Source of the DNA: Eledone cirrhosa
Lineage: Eukaryota
Assembly (NCBI GenBank): GCA_964016885.1
Contig: OZ024743.1
Span: 280,178,001-280,242,000 of the forward strand
Direction of reading: 5' to 3'
Length of the DNA: 64,000 bases
Part shown: piece after piece, positions 40,510 to 55,214 of the stretch
Layout: every line of letters begins with the position of its first letter
Position numbering within the stretch: position 1 is the first letter of the stretch
Position numbers and translations under genes: made by a program
The notes under the pieces: model-generated
What the model was told of the DNA's origin: nothing
Databases searched by the model: none
The model's input: the letters and a program-made list of their open reading frames with translations, nothing else

Positions 40510-40585
40510 GATGTTGACAAAGATGATGATGATGGTGATGATGACGATGATGACGATGATGATGAAGATGAGGGTGATGATGATG

Positions 40586-40618
<33 letters not shown>

Positions 40619-40620
40619 AT
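39793..40620. repeat. (GGT)n then (GAT)n trinucleotide tracts
   Basis: Direct observation. Confidence 0.95.
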
Positions 40621-40779
40621 GGAGACACTGAATTGTATTAGGAAGAGGGAAAGGAAGAGTTAGACACATAGAGGTGGTTACAATGACAATGTCGCTTGTG
40701 AAGTGAATCAAACTTAGATTAGGCTGAGAATTAAGTTAATAAAATTAAAACAACTTAAACGTGTGCTGTCTCTCATTGA

Positions 40780-43700
40780 GTCTGTGTATGTGTGTGTGTC
40801 ACTCTTTCTCTATATGTGTGTGTGTGTGTGTCACTCTTTCTCTATATATGTGTGTGTGTGTGTGTCACTGTTTCTATGTATATGTGTATGTGTGTGTGTG
40901 TCACTCTTTCTCTATATATGTGTGTGTGTGTGTCACTGTTTCTGTGTATATGTGTATGTGTGTGTGTGTCACTCTTTCTCTATATGTGTGTGTGTGTGTC
41001 ACTCTTTCTCTATATATGTGTGTGTGTGTGTGTCACTGTTTCTATGTATATGTGTATGTGTATGTGTGTCACTCTTTCTCTATATATATGTGTGTGTGTC
41101 ACTGTTTCTGTGTATATGTGTATGTGTGTGTGTGTCACTCTTTCTCTATATGTGTGTGTGTGTCACTCTTTCTCTATATATGTGTGTGTGTGTGTGTCAC
41201 TGTTTCTGTGTATATGTGTATGTGTGTGTGTGTCACTGTTTCTGTGTATATGTGTGTGTGTGTCACTCTTTCTCTATATGTGTGTGTGTGTGTGTGTGAC
41301 TGTTTCTATGTATATGTGTATGTGTGTGTGTGTGTCACTGTTTCTGTGTATATGTGTGTGTGTGTCACTGTTTCTATGTATATGTGTGTGTGTGTGTCAC
41401 TGTTTCTATGTATATGTGTATGTGTGTGTGTGTCACTGTTTCTGTGTATATGGGTGTGTCTGTGACTGTATCTATGTATATGTGTATGTATGTGTGTGTC
41501 ACTGTTTCTATGTATATGTGTGTGTGTGTGTGTCACTCTTTCTCTATATATGTGTGTGTGTGACTGTTTCTATGTATATGTGTGTGAGTGTGTTTGTGAC
41601 TGTTTCTGTGATGATCTCTGTGTGTGTGTCACTGTTTCTGTGTACATGTGTGTGTGTCCTGTTTATGTGTATATGTGTGTGTCACTGTTTATGTGTATAT
41701 GTGTGTGTCACTGTTTCTCTGTATATGTGTGTGTGTCACTGTTTATGTGTATATGTGTGTGTCACTGTTTATGTGTATATGTGTGTGTGTGACTGTTTCT
41801 ATGTATATGTGTGTGTGTCACTCTTTCTATATATATATATATGTCTGTGTGTGTGACTGTGTCTATGTATATGTGTGTGTGTGTGTGTGTGTTACTGTTT
41901 CTTTGCATATGTGTGGGTGTCACTGTTTCTGTGTATGTGTGTGTCTGTGTGTGTCACTGTTTCTGTATGTATATGTGTGTGAGTGTGTTTGTGACTGTTT
42001 CTGTGATTATCTCTGTGTGTGTGTCACTGTTTCTGTGTATATGTGTGTGTGTCACTGTTTCTGTGTATATGTGTGTGTGTCACTGTTTATGTGTATATGT
42101 GTGTGTCACTGTTTCTCTGTATATGTGTGTGTGTCACTGTTTATGTGTATATGTGTGTGTCACTGTTTATGTGTATATGTGTGTGTCACTGTTTCTCTGT
42201 ATATGTGTGTGTGTCACTGTTTATGTGTATATGTGTGTGTCACTGTTTCTCTGTATATGTGTGTGTGTCACTGTTTATGTGTATATGTGTGTGTCACTGT
42301 TTATGTGTATATGTGTGTGTCACTGTTTCTCTGTATATGTGTGAGTGTCACTGTTTATGTGTATATGTGTGTGTCACTGTTTATGTGTATATGTGTGTGT
42401 CACTGTTTCTCTGTATATGTGTGTGTGTCACTGTTTATGTGTATATGTGTGTGTCACTGTTTCTCTGTATATGTGTGTGTGTCACTGTTTATGTGTATAT
42501 GTGTGTGTCACTGTTTATGTGTATATGTGTGTGTCACTGTTTCTCTGTATATGTGTGTGTGTCACTGTTTATGTGTATATGTGTGTGTCACTGTTTATGT
42601 GTATATGTGTGTGTCACTGTTTCTCTGTATATGTGTGTGTGTCACTGTTTATGTGTATATGTGTGTGTCACTGTTTCTCTGTATATGTGTGTGTGTCACT
42701 GTTTATGTGTATATGTGTGTGTCACTGTTTCTCTGTATATGTGTGTGTGTGTCACTGTTTATGTGTATATGTGTATGTGTCACTGTTTATGTGTATATGT
42801 GTGTGTCACTGTTTCTCTGTATATGTGTGTGTGTCACTGTTTATGTGTATATGTGTGTGTCACTGTTTCTCTGTATATGTGTGTGTGTGTTACTGTTTAT
42901 GTGTATATGTGTGTGTCACTGTTTCTCTGTATATGTGTGTGTGTCACTGTTTATGTGTATATGTGTGTGTCACTGTTTCTCTGTATATGTGTGTGTGTGT
43001 CACTGTTTATGTGTATATGTGTATGTGTCACTGTTTCTCTGTATATGTGTGTGTGTCACTGTTTCTGTGTATGTGTGTGTGTCACTGTTTCTCTGTATAA
43101 GCGTGTGTGTGTCACTGTTTCTGTATATATGTGTGTGTCACTGTTTCTCTGTATATGTGTGTGTGTCACTGTTTCTGTGTATGTGTGTGTGTGTGTCACT
43201 GTTTCTGTATATATGTGTGTGTGTGACTGTTTCTATATATATATATGTGTGTGTGTGTCACTGTTTCTCTGTGTATGTGTGTGTGTGTCACTGTTTCTGT
43301 GTATGTGTGTGTGTGTCACTGTTTCTGTATATATGTGTGTGTGTGTGTCACTGTTTCTGTGTATATATGTGTGTGTGTCACTGTTTCTCTGTATATGTGT
43401 GTGTGTCACTGTTTATGTGTATATGTGTGTGTCACTGTTTCTCTGTATATGTGTGTGTGTCACTGTTTATGTGTATATGTGTGTGTCACTGTTTATGTGT
43501 ATATGTGTGTGTCACTGTTTCTCTGTATATGTGTGTGTGTCACTGTTTATGTGTATATGTGTGTGTCACTGTGTATGTGTATATGTGTGTGTCACTGTTT
43601 CTCTGTATATGTGTGTGTGTCACTGTTTATGTGTATATGTGTGTGTCACTGTTTCTCTGTATATGTGTGTGTGTCACTGTTTATGTGTATATGTGTGTGT

Positions 43701-46390
43701 CACTGTTTATGTGTATATGTGTGTGTCACTGTTTCTCTGTATATGTGTGTGTCACTGTTTATGTGTATATGTGTGTGTCACTGTTTCTCTGTATATGTGT
43801 GTGTGTCACTGTTTATGTGTATATGTGTGTGTCACTGTTTCTCTGTATATGTGTGTGTGTGTTACTGTTTATGTGTATATGTGTGTGTCACTGTTTCTCT
43901 GTATATGTGTGTGTGTCACTGTTTATGTGTATATGTGTGTGTCACTGTTTCTCTGTATATGTGTGTGTGTGTCACTGTTTATGTGTATATGTGTATGTGT
44001 CACTGTTTCTCTGTATATGTGTGTGTGTCACTGTTTCTGTGTATGTGTGTGTGTCACTGTTTCTCTGTATAAGCGTGTGTGTGTCACTGTTTCTGTATAT
44101 ATGTGTGTGTCACTGTTTCTCTGTATATGTGTGTGTGTCACTGTTTCTGTGTATGTGTGTGTGTGTGTCACTGTTTCTGTATATATGTGTGTGTGACTGT
44201 TTCTATATATATATATGTGTGTGTGTGTCACTGTTTCTCTGTGTATGTGTGTGTGTGTCACTGTTTCTGTGTATGTGTGTGTGTGTCACTGTTTCTGTAT
44301 ATATGTGTGTGTGTGTGTCACTGTTTCTGTGTATATATGTGTGTGTGTCACTGTTTCTCTGTATATGTGTGTGTGTCACTGTTTCTGTGTATGTGTGTGT
44401 GTGTGTGTCACTGTTTCTGTGTATATGTGTGTGTGTGACTGTTTCTATGTATATGTGTGTGTGTCACTCTTTCTATATATATATATATGTGTGTGTGTGT
44501 GTCACTGTTTCTGTGTATATGTGTGTGTGTGTCACTGTTTCTATGTATATATGTCTGTGTGTGTGACTGTGTCTATGTATATGTGTGTGTGTGTGTGTTA
44601 CTGTTTCTTTGCATATGTGTGGGTGTCACTGTTTCTGTGTATGTGTGTGTCTGTGTGTGTCACTGTTTCTGTATGTATATGTGTGTGAGTGTGTTTGTGA
44701 CTGTTTCTGTGATTATCTCTGTGTGTGTGTCACTGTTTCTGTGTATATGTGTGTGTGTCACTGTTTCTGTATATATGTGTGTGTCACTGTTTCTGTGTAT
44801 ATGTGTGTGTGTCACTGTTTATGTGTATATGTGTGTGTCACTGTTTCTGTGTATATGTGTGTGTGTCACTGTTTATGTGTATATGTGTGTGTCACTGTTT
44901 CTCTGTATATGTGTGTGTGTCACTGTTTATGTGTATGTGTGTGTCTCACTGTTTCTCTGTATATGTGTGTGTGTCACTGTTTATGTGTATATGTGTGTGT
45001 CACTGTTTCTCTGTATATGTGTGTGTGTCACTGTTTATGTGTATGTGTGTGTGTCACTGTTTCTCTGTATATGTGTGTGTGTCACTGTTTATGTGTATAT
45101 GTGTGTGTCACTGTTTCTCTGTATATGTGTGTGTGTCACTGTTTATCTGTATATGTGTGTGTCATGTTTCGCTGTATATGTGTGTGTGTCACCGTTTATG
45201 TGTATATGTGTGTGTCACTGTTTCTCTGTATATGTGTGTGTGTCACTGTTTCTGTATATATGTGTGTGTGCGTGTGTGTGTGTGACTGTTTCTATGTATA
45301 TGTGTGTGTGTGTATGACTGTTTCTATGTATATGTATATGTGTGTGTGTGTGTGACTGTTTCTATGTATATGTGTGTGTGTCACTGTTTCTGTATATATA
45401 TGTGTGTGTGTGTCACTGTTTCTGTGTATATGTGTGTGTGTGACTGTTTCTATGTATATGTGTGTATGTGACTGTTTCTCTGTATATGTGTGTGTGTGTG
45501 TCACTGTTTCTATATATATGTGTGTGTGTGTGTGACTGTTTCTAAGTATATGTGTGTGTGTGTGTGACTGTTTCTATGTATATATGTGTGAGTGTGTCAC
45601 TGTTTCTGTGTATATATATGTGTGTGTGTGTGACTGTTTCTATGTGTGTGTGCGTGTGTGTGTGTGACTGTTTCTATGTATATGTGTTTGTGTGTCACTG
45701 TTTCTGTATATATATGTGTGTGTGTGTGTGTGACTGTTTCTATGTATATGTGTGTGTGTGTATGACTGCTTCTATGTATATGTATATGTGTGTGTGTGTG
45801 TGACTGTTTCTATGGATATGAGTGTGTGTGTGTGTGTCACTGTTTCTGTGTATATGTGTGTGTGTGACTGTTTCTATGTATATGTGTGTATGTGACTGTT
45901 TCTCTGTATATGTGTGTGCGTGTGTCACTGTTTCTATATATATGTGTGTATGTGTGTGACTGTTTCTAAGTATATGTGTGTGTGTGTGTGACTGTTTCTA
46001 TGTATATGTGTGTGAGTGTGTCACTGTTTCTGTGTATATGTGTGTGTGTGACTGTTTCTATATATATATGTGTGAGTGTGTCACTGTTTCTGTGTATATA
46101 TGTGTGTGTGTGTCACTGTTTCTGTGTATATGTGTGTGACTGTTTCTATGTATATGTGTGTATGTGACTGTTTCTCTGTATATGTGTGTGTGTGTGTCAC
46201 TGTTTCTATATATATGTGTGTGTGTGTGTGACTGTTTCTAAGTATATGTGTGTGTGTGTGTGACTGTTTCTATGTATATGTGTGTGAGTGTGTCACTGTT
46301 TCTATGTATATGTGTGTGAGTGTGTCACTGTTTCTGTGTATATGTGAGTGTGTCACTGTTTCTGTGTATATATATGTGTGTGTGTGTGCT
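40780..46390. repeat. 5.6-kb minisatellite of ~26-32 bp units (CACTGTTT..TATAT(GT)n) with higher-order structure
   Basis: Core units cactgtttatgtgtatatgtgtgtgt (26 bp) and cactgtttctctgtatatgtgtgtgtgt (28 bp). Confidence 0.97.
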
Positions 46391-46856
46391 TTTCAGCGTG
46401 CTATTTGTGATTCTTTTTGTGAGAACTAGAATGTGGCGTATCTAATTATGTACGTATGTATGTATGTATGTATGTATGTATGTATGTATGTATGTATGTA
46501 TGTTTGTATGTCTGTATGTATGTATGTATGTATGTATGTTTGTATGTTTGTGCGTATGCATGTATGTATGTATGCATGTATGTATGTATGCATGTATGTA
46601 TGTATGTATGTATGTATGTATGTATGTATGTGTGTATGTGTGTGTGTGTATGTGTGTAAATGCATATTCGTGTCTATTTATGAGGAATAAAATGAGGTGG
46701 ATGTTGTTATATGTGTATGCGTGTGTAAATGTGTATAATTGTGTGTTGTAATTGTATGTGTATGTAATTCTTTGTGTCTCTGTAATTCCATATATCTGGT
46801 TTTGTATATACTTGTGCGTATGTGTATGTTTGTGTGTGTGCGTATGTATGTATGTA

Positions 46857-46889
<33 letters not shown>

Positions 46890-47019
46890 GAGAGAGAGAG
46901 AGAGTCTATGTGTATGTTTGTGTGTGTGAGAGAGACAGAGAGAGTCTATGTGTGTGTACTATTTTATTAAACTGTTTCGTCCATGTGTAATTCTTAGTCT
47001 CTATTTTTCTTTCTATATA

Positions 47020-47031
47020 TGTGTTTGTGTG

Positions 47032-47066
<35 letters not shown>

Positions 47067-47789
47067 GTTTGTGTGCATGAGTGTGTTTGTGTGGGTATGT
47101 GTGTGAGCGTGTGTGTGTGTGCGTGTGTGTGTTTGTGTATTTGTATGTGTGCCTTTCTGTGTTGTGTGCGTGCGCGTGTGTGTGTGTTTGTGTGCATGAG
47201 TGTGTTTGTATGTGTGTGAGCGTGCGTGTATGTGTGTGCGCGTGTGTGTTTGTGTATTTGTATGTGTGCGTGCGCGCGCGCATGTGTGTGTGTGTGCATG
47301 AGTGTGTTTGTTTGTGTATGTGTGTGAGCGTGTGTGTGTGTGTGTATGTGTGTTTGTGTATTTGTATGTGTGCCTTTGTGTGTGTGCGTGCGTGTGTGTA
47401 TGTGTGTGTGTTTGTGTGCATGAGTGTGTTTGTGTGTTATGTGTGTGAGCGTGTGTGTATGTGCGTGTGTGTTTGTGTGTTTGTGTATTTGTATGTGTGC
47501 GTGTGTGTATGTATGTGTGTGTGTTTGTATGCATGAGTGTGTTTGTGTGTGCATGAGTGTGTTTTTTGTGTGTATGTGTGTGAGCGTGTGTGTGTGTGTG
47601 CTTGTGTGTGTTTGTGTATTTGTATGTATGTGTGTGTGTGCGCACGTGTGTGTTTGTATGTGTGTGTTTGTGTGTGTATGTGTGTGAGCGTGTGTGTATG
47701 TGCGTGTATGTGTTTGTGTATTTGTATGTGTGCCTTTTTTGTGTGTGCGTGTGCGTGTGCGTGTGCGTGCGTGTGTGTGTGTGTGTGTA

Positions 47790-47850
<61 letters not shown>
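47020..47850. repeat. (GT)n-based compound satellite with ~100-120 bp period
   Basis: gcatgagtgtg recurs at about 47075, 47194, 47296, 47418 and 47531. Confidence 0.8.
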
Positions 47851-47851
<1 letters not shown>

Positions 47852-47926
47852 TGTTTTTACCTATCTTCAGTTTGATATCTGATACTTTTTTGTGTGTAAC
47901 TTTGTGCATCTATCTATCTTTTCTGT

Positions 47927-50900
47927 CTGGTGGCCGCATACGCCCCATCCGGCACAGCGCGGCCAGACTTCTTCAAACGTCTAGAGACTTTTCTGGGAAC
48001 GTCCCGCTCCCTGCTGTTAGTGGGGGACTGGAATGGAATCATAGATGCACGTTGGGACTATGTGGGTGCATGTCCCGATAGAGGGGGGTGTAACAGCCTC
48101 AAACAGTTAATCGGCCGATTTGACCTGGCCAATAGATATCGACTAGATTTTCCGACTGTGCCACTGTGGACGTGGACTAATTCGAGCGGAACATCTAGAT
48201 CGTACCTAGATAGGGTTCTAGTTAGAAATAAGGATAGGGACATGTTAAGCTGTCCACAAATGTTCATCGTTGCCTATTCAGATCACAAATTAGTGACCTG
48301 CTTAGTCAACCTTGACAAAACCCATAGACAGGGACCCGGCCTACAGTAGACGGATTAGCACTTTAGTTAAGCAGCACTTGACGGGGGCCATTGTCAACAA
48401 CAGATGGTGGTACTCTCTCAAGTGGGCAGTTAGATTAGACTCGTTAGTTTTTAGTAAAGAATTAGTGTTAGATAGAAATAAGACCTAAAAGGAACTGGTA
48501 GATAAAGTAGAAGAGGCACTTAGGAGTGGAAACGTAGCCAGTGTTCTAGCGGCGAGAACGGCCTTGGACCAGTTCTTCGACGCAAAGCATGAAGGCTGCG
48601 TTGTCAGAAGCAAAATACGTGCTCTGGGAAACGAGGGAGCCAAAGTTGTTAGCTGGGCCCGAGTGACGGAGGCGAAAAGTGGCAACAAGTCCACGATTCG
48701 GTCTTTGAAGGACCAAGACGGACGCCTGATACGTGAGCCGAAGCAAATGTGCGCGGCCTTTCAGCGGCACTTTGCTCAACTGTTCGGGCAGTGCGGCGCG
48801 CCGGGAGGGGCTATGGATTTCGGTTCATACCTCGACGGCCTACCGCGTCTCTCGGACAGCGAGGCGAAGTTCTGCGAAAGGCCGATTCGGCCGCTGAGAT
48901 AGGTGACGCGCTGAGCCAATGCAGCAAACGCAAATCTCCAGGTCTCAACGGTCTACCCTACGAATTTTACGTAGCAATGCCGCACTTGTTCTCCGGTCTC
49001 CTGGAAGCGGTCTACTGCAACTGGCAGCAGAACGGGAGAATTCCCAGTTCTGTGACCAAGGGCGTAATCACGTTAGTCAGAAAGGACGAGAACAAGGGGG
49101 ATGACATAGGCAACTTCCGCACCATAACTCTGCTCAACACAGAGTTACAGATTTTGGCCAAGGTCTTCGCAAAGAGGCTGGCGCTTGTCGTCGAAAACCT
49201 GGTGGGAGAAGCGCAGACATGTGCAATCCCGACGAGGTCCATACACATCAACCTCCACCACATGCGATATATCATAGAGAGGGTAGGGTGTAAACCCGGC
49301 TTCGGTGGGGCCCTGATCAACTTGGATCAGTCTAAGGCTTTCGATAGGGTTGACCATCGTTACCTGGACACGGTGCTCGAGGCGGCAGGCTTCGGTCCCG
49401 TGTTCAGGGGCTGGATTGCTGCAATGCCCAACAGCAACATTTGCTCAAGAGTCAAGGTGAACGGCTACCTCTCGGAGCCGTTCCATATCACGCGATCCAT
49501 CCGACACGGATGCCCTCTCTCCTCCTTTCTGTACGTACTGACTCTCGAGCCACTACTGCGGAAGTTTGAGCTATTGCAGGGCATCCTTTGGAACCTGGAC
49601 TGCGAAAAGCGGCGTCAGCCTACGCCGACGACATGACAGTAATGGTGTCGAGCACCCTGCAAATCGGGGAGACCGGCACCTTACTGGAGGAATACGAAAG
49701 TTTCACATGAGCGAAGCTGAACCGGGACAAATCCGTCGGTTTGCAACTCGGAACGTGGAGAAGCAAACCGATGCCTTCCGATGTCGTCGTCGGACGCTGG
49801 ACAGAAGGACCGGTAAAGCTGCTCGGGGTCTGGTTTGGTCCTGAACTGCAGGTAGAGAAGAACTGGAACGAGGTGATGACGAAGGTGTTTGCGCTCACCC
49901 AGAAGTGGTTCGACTGCAAACTATCATTGAAAGGTCGAGCGGAGGTGGCGAACACTTTTATAGCGTCCGTCATCTACTACCGCTTGACCGTTGTGCCTTG
50001 TCCAGCCAAAACGCTCACCAAAATTCCTTTGAAAGAAACGGGCTCCTTTGGTGAGAAGATCCATCTGCTGCCAACACCCTTCAAACGGAAGGCTTGGGAT
50101 GCCGTGGCTGACGAATCGCAAACATGCGCTCAGGCTGCGGCACCTCCACGTATTCCTCACCAGACAACCGGTGTGGGCCCCGTTCGTGAGGGGAGCCTTC
50201 CCACGACTCGTCTCGCTGACCAAGCTGCAGACCTGGGTCAAGCAAAGACCGAGGAAAATGGGCGAATGGCCTATCGAATGTGCTCAAGCGCTCAGTCCTC
50301 TGGCAAACGGACCCGGCGATCAGTGGAGACTCCACTTCGACATTCCTAGAGGGTTGGTTGGCAGCAAGTGCGACGACACGCTCGGAGAAACTCTAGGCGT
50401 AGGGGAGGACGAACTGGTCAGTCTGTTCGGTAGGACCTTCCGCCCGGGACCAATGGACAACTTCCAAAAGTCCCTGGCCTGGCAGTGCTACTGAGGAGCT
50501 CTACCAGTTCGAGACAAGCTCTACAAACACGGGCGCCCGGTTAGGGACCCTTCGAAAAAGATCTATCCGAGTTGCGTGCGCGACGAGGAAACCGTCGCAC
50601 ACGCATTTGTACACTGCTGTGGCTATGTAGAACGACTATTGTCGCGGGTGGGACCAATCCGGTTGACCACCGAGTCCATTGTTATGATCAAACCGCCACC
50701 CTCCTTCAAAAACGAGGGAGAGGCTGTTTTCCTATGTGTTATGGCTATGGTGAAAGAGGTTATATGGTGGACGAGGTTAAAAGGGCTGAGGTCAGACACC
50801 TTTCTCTCCGGCTAGCAACTGATTCGTTTTTTCAAATATCATTTTGGAAGAAGAATCAGGATGGAGAGAGAGGTGCTGAGGTGCTGTACCCCAGCAAATT

Positions 50901-51203
50901 TTATAAAAGGTGGGTGAATGTGGAAAAGATGGCCCGAGTGGTTGGGCCTTCTCTCTATATAAGCCTCTAGGTTGAGGAAAAAGAGGAAGAGAGGAAGGGA
51001 GTACTCACTCTTGATGCTCCTGGAGATGAGGGTTGTACATTTTTTCGGGGTGTGTACAACCCCTGTGTAACACCTTCCCCCTATTGGGGATTTCAATTGT
51101 TATTTGTTATTGTATTAATAGTTTTATTTTCATATACCTGTATGTAAACTCTCCATTTGTATTTGTCCCCTTCTTTTGTGCCCTTGTGGCTAATAAAGAA
51201 ATT
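47927..51203 (+). mobile_element. 5'-truncated Tx1/L1-type LINE (APE-RT-zinc knuckle ORF2 pseudogene and 3' UTR) with 16-bp TSD
   Basis: APE motifs LVGDWN, YLDRVLV, YSDH; RT motifs SPGLNGLPYEFY, ITLLNTE, LDQSKAFDRVDH, HGCPLS, YADD; ETVAHAFVHC knuckle; aataaa. TSD tatctatcttttctgt at 47911-47926 and 51204-51219. Multiple frameshifts. Confidence 0.93.
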
Positions 51204-51629
51204 TATCTATCTTTTCTGTATATCTGTGTATATGTGTTAATTTAAGTGTGCGTCTTTGTGTGACTGCGTATATCTCTGTCTGCATATGTGTGTTTGTATA
51301 GATGACTGTATCTATATTAATTTCTCTCTTCTGTGTGTATGTATATGTAGGTGTTTAAGATTAATGTTGACACCATTTTATGTGTCTGTACATTTATATT
51401 TCTGTATATGTTTATATTTGTTGAAGTTTAGATTTGTATGTGTGTATGTTTGAGAATGATGTATACATTTTTGTGTATATTTACCTGTGTTAATTTATGT
51501 GTATGCGTGTATTGTATGTGTATGTACTCGTACGAGTGTGAGATTTTGTTTCTGGCGGAATTTTTTGATATAAGTGAAAAAGTTGCTTCGGGTTATTGTG
51601 TGTGGCTTTAAGTGTGATAGTTCTAGATG

Positions 51630-51970
51630 CAGCATGGCCGAATAGTTGAGTGGTTTGCATTGTAATCATTAGATCCCAGGTTCGATCACACAACATAGAA
51701 TTTTGAACAAGTGTCATTTACCAAAGACTCGCGTCGGCCCTTGCTTTGTAAGGGAAATTGGGTAGACGGAAACTGTTTGGAAGCCTATCGGTTTGACTGT
51801 ATTTGTAATTCGAAGGAATAACCTTGTCGCAAACAGTGTGATAACGCATCGCCCTGAGAATTACGTTAAGTGTACACATGCCTGTGAAATGCTCTACCGG
51901 TTTCATTTAATGACTCTGCTGTTTCATTGATCGAACAATTGAAACAATCAGCTTCGAAGCTAACGGAGGT
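51630..51970 (+). mobile_element. SINE family B, near full length
   Basis: gcatggccgaatagttgag A-box, ggttcgatc B-box, tgggtagacggaaactg and ctgagaattacgttaag blocks shared with fragments near 10.1, 13.6, 26.8, 32.0 and 35.2 kb. Confidence 0.75.
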
Positions 51971-52557
51971 CCATTTATTTTTCATCGTCGTCACATACGA
52001 TTGCATGAATCATTGAGTTTCAAGTATAAGTCTATATGTGCCTGCATGTGTTTTTATGCGTCTGTATATTTCTATGTGTGTCACAGTATGTGTGAAGAGC
52101 GTGTTTCTGTGTGTGTAAGTGTTATTGTGTATCTGTATACAAGAACCCCTCTGCTCATTTTTTTAAATACGTATAAACACATTTAAAAAATGAGCAGAGA
52201 GGATTAAGTTTGCATGTGTACAATGTTCATTTGTATGTATGTGTCCCTGTGAATGCGTATGTGTGTGAGTGTGACTGGTTTATTTTTTAATGTTGCTTAC
52301 CTTTTAGTATACGTTAGAACATAGTGAAATGTGTGTGACTGTGGTTCTGTTAACATATATATCTGTATATATATATATATGAGAATATATACACATTGTG
52401 TATGTTTATGCAAGTTTTTATGGGTCTACATACACCCCCCCCCCCACACACACACACATACACACACATATATATATATGTATATATATATATATGTATA
52501 TATAATATATGTATATATATATATATTATATATGTATATATATATATTATATATGTA

Positions 52558-52631
<74 letters not shown>

Positions 52632-52651
52632 ATATATACTATATATATATA

Positions 52652-52744
<93 letters not shown>

Positions 52745-52997
52745 TGTATGTGTATGTTTCTATACACTTGTGTGTATACATGTCTGTATATACATGCGTG
52801 TATGTTATATATATATATGTGCTCGTATCTGCTCGTATCTGTTTGTATAATACAATTATTTTATTTTTTGAACGCCGAGATAACAATAACAACATTTAAA
52901 ATTAAATAAAAGAAACACAATAGGGAACAACCGCTTACAGGCAGATATTTCGTTTGTATTTGAACGTCTTTTTATTTAAATATATATATATATATAT

Positions 52998-53061
<64 letters not shown>

Positions 53062-53572
53062 CTTATTGTTTTTGTTTTGTTTTGTTTTTCATCTTGTTTT
53101 TTGCATGTTTTATTTCCTACTTAAATTTATTATAGATTATATCATAATATAGATAACATGTGATTTCTAATATAAAACGAATATCTAGTTATCTATCACA
53201 TATATAGAATTATACAGCATACTAATATAATATTATGAAAATTTTGTGCCACAAACACAGATATTTGCAGAAGCAATTGATGGCAAGGCGATAGATGTAT
53301 TAGACCAGGCATAGAAAAAATGGCGGTCTTTTGACGGTGTGAACAAGTATACGTTTGAGCATGCGCACTGCGTTAGACTAGAATAATAACGTTATAAGGT
53401 AATATAGCAGAACATACAAGCGGATTTTGTGTTAACGATGATGCAACGAGAAGAGGTGATGCAAAACATGCTAGACACTTGTATACATAGAATCTCAAAA
53501 TATGTATATGGTTGTTCGCCCATGCATGATATATATATATATATATATATATACGTCTGAGTGTGTGTGTGT

Positions 53573-53655
<83 letters not shown>

Positions 53656-54790
53656 CAATACATTAACTCTACTTAATATAACATTTATTTTAATTTGAAA
53701 TATCTAAAGAGTAATTTAATTACGCAGAATCTTTTATATTTGATATTTTGCATGTCATGTGTGTGTAGGGGTGTTTCGGTGTACAACTGAGTCAATGTCC
53801 GTGTTTGCGTCTGTCAGTATTTATATGTGTGCATGTGAATATGTCTGTGTGTATGTGTAGTGTGTCACTTAATGTGTGTGTTGTGAGTAACTTAATGTCT
53901 GCATCTGTTTCTATGTATGTTCCTATCTGATATTTCATTACTCTTGAATCCTAATGTGTGTTTAGCGTGAGTATATGAGAAAGAAGTAGTGTATGTAACT
54001 GTATATCTGCGTGTAGTGTGTCTATATAATTGTGTGTGTATGAATGTATGTGATGTGTGCAATTTAATGTGTGTCTCTTTAAGCATGTATACGTATCTTA
54101 TGTTTTATTACCCTGCATTTGTTAATGTATGCTGGTGTGTGTGTGTGCGTGTATGTGTGTGTGCGCGTGTGTGTGTGTTTCTGTATATGTGTCTGTGTGT
54201 AACTGATTTTCAAATACTGCTGTACGTATGTGTGTATCTACGTGTGTGTATCCATATGTGTGTGTGTGTTTATTTCAGTGTATGACAGGGTGAAGATGCA
54301 TGTATGTCTTTGTTGCAGTGTGTCTGTGAGTGTGTGTGTATGATATGATATACGTGTGTGAATATGTGTAAGTGTGTAACTGTAAGTTTATTTGCTGTCC
54401 CGGCTAATGTGTGTTTTATGTGTTCATAGGTGAGTGTTTGCATGTGTATGTGTGCGCATGTATGTCTATGAATATGTGTATGGAACAAAATGCTTCTTCT
54501 GACAATGTGCAGATTGCACCTTTATGTCTACGTGTGTATGTATGTGAAACAAACTGTTAATTCTTGTGCGGTGATTACATATACATGTACGTACGATTTT
54601 ATATATTTGATTAGTGTGGTTGTGTGACTGTTAATGTGTGTGTGGAGATAGCGTATGTGTATACTTGTGGCTGTGTATTTCATTAGTGCGGTCCGTATGT
54701 GGATTAATGTGTGTCTATGTGTGGATATGACTGTGTGTATAGGTGTGCATGAATGTGTGAATATATAATATATACATATATTTATAAATA

Positions 54791-54860
<70 letters not shown>

Positions 54861-55123
54861 TATATATATATAGACATATATAGATAAATGTATGTGTATA
54901 TATGTATATGTATGTGCCTATATGTCTGTGTGTACCTACATGTATACGTGTGCTTGTGTGTATGTATGTTTGTAGGTATTTATGTGTCGGAGTCTAAGTG
55001 TAACCAAGCGTAATGCTTCTTGTTTCAATGTACTATGTATATATGCATGTAAGTGCGTATACGTATATATATATATATATATATATATGTTTGTGTGGGT
55101 GGGGGTGCGAGTATATATGCATG

Positions 55124-55158
<35 letters not shown>

Positions 55159-55174
55159 TCGACACACACACATG

Positions 55175-55214
<40 letters not shown>

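Noticed and set aside
39547-40711. Gly-rich, Thr-rich and Asp-rich ORFs
   Set aside because: (GGT)n and (GAT)n microsatellites; the flanking unique part gives no recognisable protein.
41624-44566. 980-aa Cys/Val-rich ORF and overlapping long ORFs
   Set aside because: Translation of the GT-rich minisatellite; open in multiple frames only because the unit lacks stop codons.
40780-46390. CRISPR-like regular spacing
   Set aside because: Spacers are not unique, the context is eukaryotic and there are no cas genes.
47930-50970. Functional RT gene
   Set aside because: 5'-truncated with several frameshifts and stops; reported as a dead LINE copy.
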